Shown piece by piece: positions 1 to 13,413 of a stretch of DNA of 64,000 nucleotides (position 1 is its first letter; the number at the start of each line of letters is the position of its first letter). The translations under genes and the position numbers were made by a program. Below the pieces are notes generated by a model. That model saw nothing but the letters and a program-made list of their open reading frames with translations, searched no databases and was not told the origin of the DNA. This stretch comes from Trichosphaerium sp. ATCC 40318 (Eukaryota > Protista > Tubulinea), in assembly GCA_038496445.1 (NCBI GenBank), contig JALMLS010000039.1, positions 1 to 64,000 on the forward strand, read 5' to 3'.

Positions 1-3000
1 ATGCTCTTCGTGATCATAAACAACCTTTGATTCGTCACTCAGTTATCGCTCTTATTCCTGAGCTTGCTTCGTATAACCAAGAAGAGTTTAGTGCTAATTG
101 GCTTGATAAGTTTATTACATTCATTCTTCGAAGTGCAAAAAAAAAGTGATCGTAAAGTAGCTCTTAAGTCTATTGGTGAAATCGCACTTGTAAGTCAACT
201 TTTTTTTGGCTTTTGTCTTAAGGTTTGTATTGTAGGCCATCAAAGCACCTCTTGAGCCTATGTTAGATGATATTATGATTGTTGGTAAAGAATCATTAAT
301 CAATCCAAAGAAGGGAAGTACTCCTGTACGTGATAAGCAACGTTATTGATAAACCTTAACAAACTTTGATGCTTATGTTTTTCGTAAAATGAATTCTACG
401 AATTTATTGGTATGCTGGCACAAGGTACTATCTCTTTATATTGCCCCTAATGAAATAAAATTTTAACGCATTATTAGGTCTTGGAGACGCCATGGCACCT
501 CATGCAGAACCATTACTGCGTAAGTATAAAATTCGTTTTTTTGAAAAATCTTCTATTTGAATGACGCTTATACTTTTGTTCTCTAGCTATGTTCTTTGAT
601 CTGCAGTTAACAAAAACAGTTCTAAGAATGTTCTCACTTCTTATGAAGCATGTACCAACACTAAGATCTGTGATACAAGGTACAACTTACAAATCTTTAA
701 ACCAAAGTCTATACTCACTCTTTTTGAAGATCGTCTTATCAATAAGTTTAAACGAACATTGACTACAGAGCATTATGGAGTAACAACGCCAAGGAAGAAG
801 AGGAAACAAGGAGGTAAGAGAATAGTGTTTTAAGACATATTGTATCATGTGCTGAGTGTTTTCTTTTTAGCTTCTCCAATCACTTCAGCGCCAGTACCAA
901 CACCTTGGGATAATAACTCAGGAGCAATCACACAGAATACTTCACGTATAATATTCACATTGAACAGTCTCTCTGCACTTGAGTTTGATAAACCACTTGC
1001 AGAATTCGTAAAGACATGTGTTATCACATACTTGGATAATCCAAACAGGTTAGTAAAGCTTTTTTGAATTTTCTAATTTTGATTTTTTAGCAAAGTACGA
1101 CTCAGTGCTGTACAAGCGTGTATCAAGCTATTGATTGGTAATAAGCCCCTGCATTGTGGTTATTCAGCAAAGGTTATAACGGATTCACTTGAGCGATTAC
1201 TCGAAGTGGCAATGACTGACTCAAAACTGGAGGTAAAATACAATTTTTGAACAATTTGTATTATTTTTTGTTTAAGCTTCCTTTTTGTAGATTCGTTTGC
1301 GTATTCTTCGTTCTTTAGATGCTAGATACGATCCATTTCAATCTCAACCAGAGTTTCTTAAGTCACTGTACTTGTTTCTATATGATGAATCCTTGGAAGT
1401 CAGAGAAATTGTAATTGTACTCTTGGGTAGACTTGCAAAGTATAATCCAGGTTATGTCTATCCAACAGTTCGCCGTAAGCTCATCGAGCTCATCAAAGAG
1501 ATTGGTACAAACCCTACCATATCATACAACAGACATCTAATTATTGCTTCTAGAACATAACAAGGATTCTATGGCTGAGCGTACAGCTGAACACAGAGTT
1601 ACTGAATTTGGCCTTGTTATAAAGCATATGCCACAGCTTGTTTCACCATACGCTGATGCTGTACTTAATGCATTACGTCTAAAGCTAGAGAACCCTGAAT
1701 TCGATCTACAAGAGGTACAGTTCCCATCACTCGTAATAGACTCAAGGTTTTCTTATTTCTCTATTTTAGGATCAACGCGTCATCACTGAAGCCTTGGCAG
1801 CACTTGGCGATTTAGCACAAGTATCATCAAGTGTTATGAAGAAACATATATCTCCATTGCTTAAACTTGTTATTGATAATCTTCATCATCGGCATACAGC
1901 TTACAGAAGAGATGTTGCTTTTAAATCTCTTGGTCAGATTATTCAAAGCACAGGATATGTCATCAAGCCTTTCTTGGAATACCCACAACTTATGGGTATT
2001 ATCCTTGAACGTATCAAGCTAGCTGGAACTCAGTCTGAGCGTGAAGAACCTCTTCGTGTGTTGGGTATCATTGGAGCACTTGATCCTTATAAATACAAAC
2101 TGCAACAACTTCGTTTGCTTGAGGAGAAACCTTCAGGAGATTTAGAGCTTCTTCAGATTACAGAGAAGCAAATGGCAAAGCAGATTCTTAGAGGATTAAG
2201 GCCTGGTGTTGATGAGTACTATTCTGCTATTGCTCTAGTTGTACTTCTACGGTTCTTGCGTAATCCATACTCCAACCTCGCTGTTGTACGTGTCGTTTTA
2301 AGCGGTTTCCTTTAACATTTTTTTTTCTTCGTGCGATTTTTTTTTCTGATTTTTGTTTTTAGTCACAACGTGCTGTGATTCAAGCGGTCACAACAATTTT
2401 CAAGAGTCTCGGACTCAAGTGTGTAAGGTACTTGAGGTATGCGATGCCTTTGTTTGCACATGTCATGAGGGTTTGCGGTACGTTTAAAATCTATCTTTGA
2501 ACTACAGGTTTTTTTTGGAAGTCTTGTATACTGATATTCCATTTTAGGCGACTCACAGCCGGGTCTGAGAGAACTTGTATTCCAGCAATTACATATTCTT
2601 GTTCGCATTATCAAACACTATGTTAGGGACTACCTAAATGATATCCTGCAGGTACTCTAGGCGTTGACTTTTTAGTTCTTTTTCAGAACGTTCATCAAAA
2701 CTTTTAACTTATTTTTTGTCTTTTCTTTCTTACTTATTCTTGTAGCTTACCTCTGAATACTGGGATAGCCCAGAACTAGTCGTTCATGTTATTAAACTAG
2801 TTGAACAACTTTCAATCGCTTTGAGTGATGAGTTTAAACCTTGTATCACAACCCTTCTACCAAAGATGCTTGATGTTCTTAAAGATGATAGAACTGAAGG
2901 TAACAAAGGAACTCAGCAAGTCTTGCATGCTTTCTCTATATTTGGCACAAGTCTAGACGATTCAATTCATCTTGTAATACCAGCAATGGTTCGTCTATTT

Positions 3001-6000
3001 GATGGTAAAAGCGGAACATATCCTTTTGTCAAAAAAGTAGCTTTGGAGAGTATGGCGGATATGTGCGCAATACATGACTTGTATAAATTCTCTTTGGCAA
3101 TCATGCAAGCTATTGCGCGTTGCTTAGAAGTCACATCTGATTCTAATGTCATCTCAACAGCAATGAAGGTACGAGAGTCAAAAACTTGTTTTATTACATT
3201 TTTTTTCTCACTAATTTTTTTGTTAGACGTTGTGTGCTCTCGTTAGGAGCTTCGGTCAGGGTTATAAACAGTTTGTTCCTATGATACATAAAGTTATGTT
3301 TATCAAGGATATTCAAAATTCTGATTACGATGCTCTTGTGATTAAATTCATGAATTTGAAGAACGGTGAAAGACTTGAGTTTGAAGCAAAAGCAATGGTT
3401 GACGAAACAGGTTCGCTGGTTTTTTTCTCCAAGGTTTTTAAAGATTTTGGCTTATTTGTTCTTTTAGAAGAACCAGATACACGTAATGTACCAGATTACG
3501 GTGCTATTGGTGGATCTAAACCTAACGGAACAACAATGAAGCATGGTAAAGCCAATTAGCTTTTTTTCTTCGTTGTACTAATTTTTTTTTGTTTTTAGCT
3601 TGGGATACTTCTCAATGTTTCACAGACATTGATTGGCGTGAGTGGTTCCGAAAGTTATCTACTACAGTACTTTCAGAGTCTCCTTCTCCTGCACTTATGT
3701 GTTCTGCATCTGTTGCAAGTCAACATCCACCAACACTCAGGTACTTTAAAACATTAGGGTCTTCAGTTTTTTGTGAGCTTGTCTTAAGTTTATGTTAGTG
3801 AGCTTTTCAACGAAGGCTTCTTATCATGTTGGGAGCGTCTACAAGGAGACCTGAAGGAAGATTTTATTAAAAACTTGGAGACTGTACGAAAGCCTAATTT
3901 AGATCTTTGACATTTTTGATCATTTATTGTGATTTAGGCTTTGACTTCACCTAATATTCCAGCAAAGACACTTCAAGTACTCTTAGATCTTGCAGAGTTT
4001 ATGGAACACAACGAAAAGCCTCTACCAATAGACATATCTCTTTTGAGTAAACTGTCTCATCAGTGTAGTGCTTATGCTAAAGCTCTTTACTACAAGGTAT
4101 TTTAACCTTTTCCTTCGTTTACTATGCTCATGTTTTCTTTCTTTTTAGGAGATCGAGTTCAGACAAAAACCTAAAGAGACAGTCCCTGATTTGATTAATA
4201 TTTACTATGAGTTGGGTGAACATGTCGCTGCTGATGGTATTCTTGTCTACGCTCAACAAAAGTTTGGTTTGAAACCAAAGCTTGAGTGGAAAGAAAAACT
4301 TCAACGTTGGCTTGGAAGTGTTGCTGAGTATGATACTTTATTGGAGCAAGAACCAGACAACCCAGATTTGTATATTGGCCGTCTAAGAAGTCTTTCAGAG
4401 TTGGGAGACTGGGACACACTCAGCCCGGCTATACACCATGCTTGGTATGTTCACAATCTTACAATATGGTAAACTCATCTAAATCAATAATAGGGAGAAA
4501 TGGGGATCTACTAAGCATAGAGCTGATGTAGCTAGACTTGGTATAACGACAGCATTGAGTCTTGCTGACTGGAAGGTAAGAAAATTTACAAATCTTTATG
4601 TTACAGACTAAAATACAAGTGTATACCTATCACGTGATAAGGAAGAGACAAGTTTTTTTTCAATCTCTGATCCGCTTCTCTAAATTTTTTTTAGGCCATT
4701 CCTATGTTCTTGCCAGCCATTGAACAGAATTCTATTGAAGGTTGTCTGTATAGAGCCATTGTAGCTTTTAATAACAAAGAGAGTGATAAAGTAAAGCAGT
4801 TTTTATCGAAAGGCAGAGAAATCGCCTCTGCGAACTTGACAGCATTACTTGGGTATGCTTTTTTGAACATTTTAACAAGTTCACTAAACCTTACATTTAA
4901 TTCTGTAGTGAAAGTTACTCACGTGCCTATGATGTGATTGTAAAAGTACAACAAATCTCAGAAATGGAGGAAATACTTGGTTGTGAGAACGCAGGTCCTC
5001 AACGCCGCTCTGAACTCAAACAACTATGGAGAAAAAGGTAAACTAAATACCAATACTCTTGTTCTATCCACTGACTTATTTTTTAGGATTGGAGGATGTA
5101 AGCAATCTGTTGCAGTGTGGCAAGACACTTTAGCGTTACATCAACTTGTTATACCAAAGGAAGAGAACCTTGAAGTTTGGGTAAAATTCGCAGACTTGGT
5201 TCGTAAGCATCAACGTCCAAATCGTGCCATGAGGCAGCTAGGTAAACTATTAACTGGTAAAACTGCTGTCATGAAAGTATCCGATCCAATTCCTGCCGGT
5301 GGACACCCTCTGTACGTCATACCCACGAACAGTGGTTCAGAACTTGAAACAAGAGAATACTGACAACTTTTGTTTTTGATAGAGTCAAGTTCACTTACAT
5401 GAAACATTTGTGGTACCAAAGAAAGTATAGAAAATGGGCACATGATCATATGGCAAAGTATGTTAATAACTTTGATGCTGGTATCAGTCCCAAGCTAAAG
5501 GCGAAGTGCTATTCTCGTTTTGCTTCATGGCAACTTAATCTGAATTACTACAATCTTAACGAGGTTAGTTTGGGTTTTCTTTTTCAATCCTTTTCAATCG
5601 TTTACTGACAAACCTTGTTCTAGCAAATCATTCCTAAGATTATAACAAATGCAAGAAAAGCAAGAGAGAATAACGACCAGTCTCATAAAGTTTGGCATAT
5701 TTGGGCTATTGTACACTACAGGGTAAGTTGAATTGAAAAGAACTTTGCAATCGTGATTTTTTTTTTTTTCACGTGTTTTTTGTGATTTGCCAGTAATGTT
5801 CTTTTTAGGTTGTTGCTCACTATGAGAAGCGTAAAGAGAAAACTAAGATGGATAAGTTCTTGTTACCTGCTGTAACTGGATTTATTCGTTCTATTGCTCT
5901 ATCGCCTGAAGAGAATCTTCAGGATACTCTACGTCTTTTGACTTTATTCTTTAAATACGGAGGTAAACCAAAGATAACACAGGCTATGGATGACGGTATA

Positions 6001-8716
6001 GATATCATCAACCTAGACAACTGGTTGTCTGTAATGCCTCAGGTACCCTTTTTCTTTTCTTACGTATTTTCTCACATGTTTCACGTGCTTTTTTTTTGTG
6101 AGTTGTGTACACTCCTCACTCTCTTTCTCACTCTTTCTCAATAGTTGATGGCACGTATTAGTACACAACGTGAGAGTGTAAGGAACTTGATTCATAAGTT
6201 ACTTCATAAAGTCGGTCAAAAGCATCCACAGTCTCTCATCTATCCTCTTACTGTTGCTCTAAAGGTATGTCTGATTTCTTTTATCTTTTCCCATTTTTCC
6301 CCTTTCTTTTGCTCACCACGTGATAGTCTGATATCCCTGTTCGTGTTGAGGCTGCTAAAAGCATCTTGGAGAACTTGAGGAGTCATTCTTTTAAGCTTAT
6401 TGATCAAGCTATTCTTGTTTCACAAGAGCTTATTCGTGTTGCTATTCTTTGGAAAGAAAGATGGCTTAAAGGGCTTGAAGATGCTTCTCGTCATTACTAC
6501 AAAGAAAAGAACGCTGAGCGTACACTTTCTACTCTAGAAGCGCTGAACTCTATGCTTGAAAAGGGACCACAAACAGCACACGAAAAAGGTAAAAAAAAAT
6601 GAATTTTTTTTTTAAAGTGTTGTCTACCTTGATGTTGTTTGCTTCTTTTTTACTTAATTTCTTTTTAGCATTTGCTAAAGCGTTTGGGAGAGATTTGACA
6701 AAAGCTTGGGAATGTTGTAGAGAGTATAAACGCACAGGAAAATTGTCTTGCATGAACCTAGCATGGGATCTGTATTCCCACGTGTTTAGAACAATTAAGA
6801 GACAACTACAGACAGATTTTGATCATATGCATCTACAAACAGTATCTCCTATGCTACTAGCAGTAAAAAATCTTGATATATCGGTACCAGGTAACGTTAT
6901 AGAGAACCACCAGTGAAACGAAACAAAAGTTTTCTTCTTACTTATTTTTTACCATTTAGGAACTTACTCCGCATCTACCAGTGAAAAAGTCGTTCAGATT
7001 AAAGATTTGGCTCCTGTGCTGAAAGTTATTCCTTCTAAGCAGAAACCAAGAAAGCTTGTTATCCATGGTGGCGATAAAGACAGAAACTATCCATTTTTAT
7101 TGAAAGGTACCGTTTTATATCAATAACGCAACATTGTATTTTAATGTTATTTTAAAGGTCACGAAGATTTACGCCTTGATGAGCGAGTGATGCAGCTTTT
7201 CGGTTTAGTAAATAGACTACTTCAAGCAGAGTATATTACAAGACAGAATCACATTAAGATTACTACATATGCTGTTATTCCTCTTTCTCCAGATACTGGT
7301 ACTTTTTTTAACTTTTTGAATGTTGGTCAAGTTTTTTGACATTGTTGGCTTTGACTAACTAGTCTTGCTCTTTAGGATTAATTGAGTGGGTATCTGGATG
7401 TGATACATTACATGAATTGATGAAATCATACAGGAAGCAACGCAATATCGCTATTGACGCTGAGTTGACGCACATGCAACGTGCTAGTTTTGGATCAACA
7501 AATAACGCTTATTACTACAAGATGAGTACAATTCAAAAACTAGAAGTATTCCAATATGCTCTATCAAAAACAAAAGGAGATGATTTAGAGAGAATACTGT
7601 GGCTTAATAGTAAGAGTTCAGAGGTACGATGAACACAAAACGCTCATTTTCAAGCTCAAAAAGAAGACAAACACTCTTGCTTTTTTTTTTTTTTGGTTTT
7701 TGGTTTCGACTTTGTTTCAACGGTTTTATTCTTACTTTTTTTTGCCTTCTAGCAATGGATCGATAAACGTATGGTATACACTAGATCTCTTGCTACTATG
7801 TCTATGGTTGGTTATATTCTAGGATTGGGTGATCGTCATCCTAATAATCTGATGTTGAATCGAAATACTGGTATGGTTATTCATATTGATTTTGGAGATT
7901 GCTTCGAAGTCGCTATGCATCGTGAAAGGTTCAGTGAGAAAGTACCATTCCGTCTCACAAGATTATTGATAAACGCCATGGAAGTATCAGGTATCGAAGG
8001 TAACTTCAGGTCAACTTCAAATACAGTCATGAATCTTTTGAGAAACAACAAAGAAAGTATTCTTGCTGTACTCGAAGCCTTTGTATATGATCCTCTTGCA
8101 CAACTTGGATGGCTTTTACAGCGTAATGGTGGAACTGATAAGGATGATGATGGTCTTGAGACACCAGGTAGTTAAATTCTTTTGGAAGGTTAAAGTTGTT
8201 TGTACTGATTGGTTTTTTTTGTTTTAGATGGCGGTCAAAGTATGTCTGCTAAAATTGTTTCTGAGTTCAGTTGGAGTGGTACTGCAAGTGGTATAGATAG
8301 TATCGGCACAAGTGCAAACTCATTCGTAAGGTATGAACCCCAGACAAACGCGTTTTTTTTAGAAGTCTTTTGTACTTGAAGTTTTTTGTTTTCTGACTTG
8401 TTTTACTCTGTAGGGATATCCCATCACGATCAGCTCTCGAAAATTCTGTTAGAGAATATGGTATTGATATCAATCAAAAAGCACTTGAAGTTATTGACCG
8501 TATCTCAGCAAAGTTAACTGGACGTGCGTGCATAGAGTGTTGTTTTTTTTTGAAAAACTTTGCTTAACCTTGTTTTTCTTAACAGGTGATTTTGCGTCTA
8601 ATACCAGGACCCATAAACAACTTGATGTTACGGAACAAGTAGATAAACTTATATCTCAAGCTACTGATCATGAGAACTTATGCGCTGCTTACCTTGGATG
8701 GTGTCCGTACTGGTAA
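1..8716 (+). CDS. TOR: Target of rapamycin (TOR) kinase, 5'-truncated by window edge, many introns
   Basis: Spliced exons give HEAT repeats ([34 protein letters not shown]), FAT ([24 protein letters not shown]), FRB (LIRVAILW...AWDLY), kinase ([17 protein letters not shown]; [12 protein letters not shown]; HIDFGDCFE) and FATC (AYLGWCPYW*, stop at 8714-8716). Confidence 0.98.
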
Positions 8717-8889
8717 AAAGAGGAAATAAAAAAAAAAGAACCAAAAAAAAAAAAAAAGAGATAAAAATAGAGACAACAAAAAAGTTGTAAATATCATCGT
8801 TTGTAAATAATAAAAAAGGTTATAGCAGCATATTATATGATTGAAAGTTCTACAACCTAGTAAACCACGTCGTGATAGAGCCACACCTA

Positions 8890-9169
8890 CATTTTTGGAG
8901 TTGCCACTTGAGATTTTAGCATATTCTACAACAAACCATGTTGAACACGATTCACGGCTTGTCAGACGTGTCATCTACTCTCTTCTATTTTTCATGAAGC
9001 CATTGGGTACAATGAAATTGGAGGCGACTTTAACAAAGAATTTGCTGGTGTACACGTGATTTGCCTACAAGGAACTCAAGTTACAGTTGAAGGCATTAAA
9101 GCACTCAAAGTTGTACATAGAATAGATCTTCGCAACACTGTAGTGACTAAAGGAAACAACTCCGAGTAA
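8890..9169 (+). pseudogene. Frameshifted F-box/LRR pseudogene related to the 60727-61578 gene
   Basis: FLELPLEILAY (F-box-like) in one frame. Another frame reads ACQTCHLLSSIFHEAIGYNEI...FAGVHVICLQGTQVTVEGIKALKVVHRIDL, matching AQTCHFLRDIVHNHVGYGRI...AGVHDIDLSCTKVTDEGLKALAGVHTINL of the 60727 gene. Confidence 0.7.
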
Positions 9170-9794
9170 TTGTGGGACAATTCAAGGCAGTTGGCGTTGT
9201 GAGTGCAGTTGTTGGTGGTACTATAGTTGACAGTATGAAACTTCACTTCATGAACAAACATTATAGTGTAATTAGACTTTTTGGTAAATAAGGAGAGTAT
9301 GATGACTAATTCTTGTTCACGTGATATATTTTCAAACTTTAGTATGGATGTGGACAGTGTATTACCAGTTTTAGGCTGAACAAAAACAAGACGGAGTGTG
9401 AACAAAACTTATGTGAACAACCTCCGAGGAAAAGGCAAACTAAGCGGAATTAAAAAGAAACCGCTCGTCGCGTTCCATCTCTGAGCCCCTTACATACCTT
9501 GAATAGTACATGGCACATATATATCTGTTGTTAATCGCTTGTAGGGGATTCAACATACAAACTACCAAATACCTGTACCAGTTTTATCTACGGAAGAATC
9601 CAAGAGCTCAAGGTACCGCATCGTTTCGTAAATCAAACATGAAATTAAATTAAATTAAATACTGATCACATGACCTGCAAAATTAATATGTAGCGGCTAA
9701 CGTTCAGTAGCAATTATTCCGGCTACTTTGTGCTAAATAATTCAAAACGATAAAATTAGTTCTTTTCTCACGTTTTTAGTAGTTTCTACGTCAA

Positions 9795-12763
9795 ATGCAT
9801 CGGATTACAATGAATTCGATCTTGGTTCTACTTCTAGTGATGATAAATGTATCATATGCCCAAATTGATTTCGTAACAGCATTGAGAGATGCGTACTCTC
9901 ATGACCCTTTATTTCACGTGCGTGGCTTTATTTATGTAGGTGCTATTTTTACTTACATCCCAATTTAGCCCTGCAACCATACTGGCGTGACATGCGATGA
10001 ATCCGACGCCATATGTGAAGTGTTAGTGTTAGGCTAAACGTTTGCGCTGTTGTAACTAAAAGTGGTAGGCGAATGCATGAGGACATTGATTTGAACTTGA
10101 GTGATGACGCCTTTGATGCATTGGACTCACTCACGGTTTTGTAAGAAACACTCTTTTTTGTATGTACTAAAACGCTTTTCAAGAGACCTAAGCACTGGTA
10201 GTATATCATGGACGCTTACATTTAATCCTGGAAAACTCATTAATCTTGAGAGTTTGTACGTCATCATATTGTTTTTGTTTTTTTTTGTTTCTCGTGGTAT
10301 CAAATTGTTTACACTTCAAACAGATCTCTTTTTGGTAAGTTAGGAGATACCGAGTAATGTACATACCTCACGCCTAGGAAATATTCAAAGAGTACAGCAC
10401 TCAATTCCTCCATCCATCTTACAGCTAACAAAACTCCGAGACATGTAAGTGATTGTTATTCTGACTTATTCTCTAATTATGTTTATAGAAGTATAACATT
10501 TGATTATAACATGGCAGGAACAATTCCAACTAATTTATTTACAAGTCTTACTCAACTTGAATTTCTGTAAGTACAACACAAATCACGTGTTTTTTAGAAC
10601 ACAACAAATAACTTTTTTAAGCGATTTATCACACACTGAGATTAGTGGTCCTATTCCAGATATACCTCCTGGATCTGGTTTGAAGAGCCTGTACGTTTGG
10701 ACTTAAGTCAGTTATAGTTTAATTATGTTTACTAGTTTTCTTCAGTACACCTCCATAAATGGATCAATACCCGAGCAGATATACTTAAATGGATTAGAGG
10801 ACTTGTACGTCCATGTATACTTTATTGTTCTTCTTTAACCAAACAATTCAACAGTCGCATCAGTGGTACACAATCACTGATAGATGACTTGGATGTATCA
10901 CGTTTGGTACCACCCGCATTTGAAGATATAACACACTTGTACCAATCATCAAGCATATTAAAGAGGCGCTGATTAATACTCATAGGTCTATTGACACAAA
11001 ACCTCTGGGTCAAATTCCTCAACACTTCGCAAGTTTAACTAAACTGACACATCTGTATTACTATCACGTGTGCTGTAGCAGGTTATTCCAACAACTTTTA
11101 GGAGCCTTATTGATTGTGGTTTGGAAGGAAACCTTCCTGACTTCCTTGGTAGCCTCCCTTTACAGTCTTTGTACGTTTGTTGACTATGTATATGCACTAC
11201 TATGTGATCACTTCTTAAAGATTTAAAGGGATATTGAAGATAACAAATTGAATGGCACTCTTCCAGATTGGATATTTAATATCGGTGACTTGTACATGCA
11301 CATAATTTTGAGAAGTTGGTGCTAATTCTTCCTCTAAGCCGAGCAAGCAGGAACTCGTTCTCTGGAAGTCTACCACAAATACCTTTTGACTCAAATAAGC
11401 AAGGATTCCACTTTTTGTATGTCCCCCTACTTCACTTATGCCAGACTGATTGATTTAATATTGTAGAAAGATATCGGACAACAATCTATCAGGTGATCTT
11501 CCTCCAGCTATTGGTCAATATCAACTTGAAGTGTACGAACCTTCAACCAGTTTTACTGTCTATGTAAATGACTTATTTGATAGGGACTTAAATGGAAATA
11601 TGTTCTCAGGTGGTCTTGAGCATTTACAACAAGCCAAAACTAGATTTATGTATGTAGTTGTCCTTTGATACTTAAATAGTATCTCATCTAATCTAAAGTA
11701 CGTAGTCGCCTTGCTGATAATCAATTTTCTGGATCCATTCCGATGTTTAACAAACAAGTACAAATCCACACAATGTATGTCCAAATAAGTCGTTCTATTC
11801 TAACTTATTTGTGCACAAGAGAATTGAATGGAAACAAGTTTACAGGCCCTATCACAGCGTCAACACTACAGATCAATACCAACATTTTGCTTTTGAACAA
11901 TAACTCATTTGAAGGAGAACTTCCGTTGGATAGCAATATTACTGTGCCTTATATTCAAGAACTGTACTACATGAGAAGTTTTCGACACAAAAGTAACACT
12001 TTAACTAAAAACAGTTTGTTTAGAGATTTAAGTGATAACGAATTGTATGGTCCTTTGCCTGGATACCTCAAAGATATTCCTGAACTGTTAGTGTTTGTTC
12101 AAATATCACGTGCTAAATATTGTATTTATTTAGAGATGTATCCAACAATAGATTTTGGTGTCCATCTGTTCCTTTTGAAGTCAATACCTGGTAATTTCAA
12201 TCAAAAACAACTCTCACAAACAAGACTAACACGTAATAGTGATCAATTTGATTCATTTGGTGGAAATTACTTTTGTAACGAGTCAGGAATAGCTTGTGAA
12301 ACATTGGGAAGTCTCAATTGTCCTGGAGTGTGCCGAAGCCTTCCAATCAACATCACACTTCCAGAACAAGCAATCATAGATCAACCAATAGTGATACAAG
12401 GTGATCTTAATATTGTCAGTCAGATAACAATAGCACTTCCAATTGACTATGGTACAGATGACGAAAAATTATATGGTTTACATTCCTTCAACTGTTAACT
12501 TGGAGTGATAAACGTTGTTCAATATAATTGTTTTGTTGGTACCCTCGATGATATAAAGACAGACAGGGATGACAAGTGTTTTGATGATGTTCCACAACAA
12601 AAAGACTTTGGGTATGTGCGCTACTGTGTTTTGTGCAACTAACAATTGAATTTACAGAATACTGTTTAACCTCGGCACTGACAAGTGTTCTTCACAAACA
12701 ATAATTAAATTCAGCTTTATTATCTTCACTCTCGTAAGTGTACTGTTGTACGACCTTGTATGA
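9795..12763 (+). pseudogene. LRR surface receptor paralog 1 (signal peptide, ~18 LRRs, Cys-rich domain, hydrophobic tail); probably disabled
   Basis: MHRITMNSILVLLLVMINVSYAQ signal; plant-type LRR exons (xLxxNxLxGxIP); NYFCNESGIACETLGSLNCPGVC cap. Relative to paralogs, a deletion plus frame disruption at ~12465-12505 removes the LTVTG/CLxL segment. Confidence 0.75.
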
Positions 12764-12861
12764 GACAATCTAGCACGAAATAAATCAGAAATTTATGTAA
12801 TTAAAAGGTGGGTTTTCGAAGGGGCGTTAGCTTCCAGCTTGATCGTTATAAGTCTAGCGTG

Positions 12862-12995
12862 GGGATACATTCTGCTACTTGTTTTATTCTCGTGTTTACT
12901 CTTTTCGCAGAATAACACTCAACATTGGTGGTAATACGTGCTATGGATATCATATCACAAGATTCAGTTTCTTTGTATTTATTAGCTCTCTGCTA
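12862..12995 (+). pseudogene. Orphan last intron/exon of a deleted LRR receptor paralog
   Basis: ITLNIGGNTCYGYHITRFSFFVF plus preceding intron, nearly identical to the last exon of paralog 2 (~16168-16268), with no upstream exons. Confidence 0.8.
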
Positions 12996-13350
12996 ATACC
13001 TCAATGTCACAGTTTAGCTCTATTGTCTCCTTTTTTTTACTTTTTTTTGGGGACTGCACGAGCCAAAAGTTTGTTTGATGTATCAGTTATAAAACAAACA
13101 GTTCTTTTAGTTTGTAGTGATGATTGAAAGTAACGCGCTGAGCAATAGTAAGCAGTTAAGTGGTCCTGTGAAACTTAGGTACATATTAGGATCTCCCGAA
13201 GTACTTCTCTTTAAGTATGATTCATTTCAATAGCGCTAGAAACAGGTATACAGTGAGTATTGTAAACGATATCTTTGTTTTTTTAAAATCAGAACTTCCG
13301 TATTTACATTGCTTTCACAAGTTGGAAAATATTGCAGGCCAAGCAGAACT

Positions 13351-13367
13351 ATTTCAACGTGATTCGT
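13351..13367 (+). promoter_or_regulatory. Conserved 17-bp upstream motif ATTTCAACGTGATTCGT of LRR receptor genes (also 19623-19639 and 23951-23967)
   Basis: Identical 17-mer starting 63, 63 and 74 bp upstream of the ATGs of paralogs 2, 3 and 4, although paralog 4 is otherwise diverged. Confidence 0.5.
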
Positions 13368-13413
13368 ATCACACTTTCGTTTGAGTGATCCGATACGCCA
13401 TACAGCTCAAACA

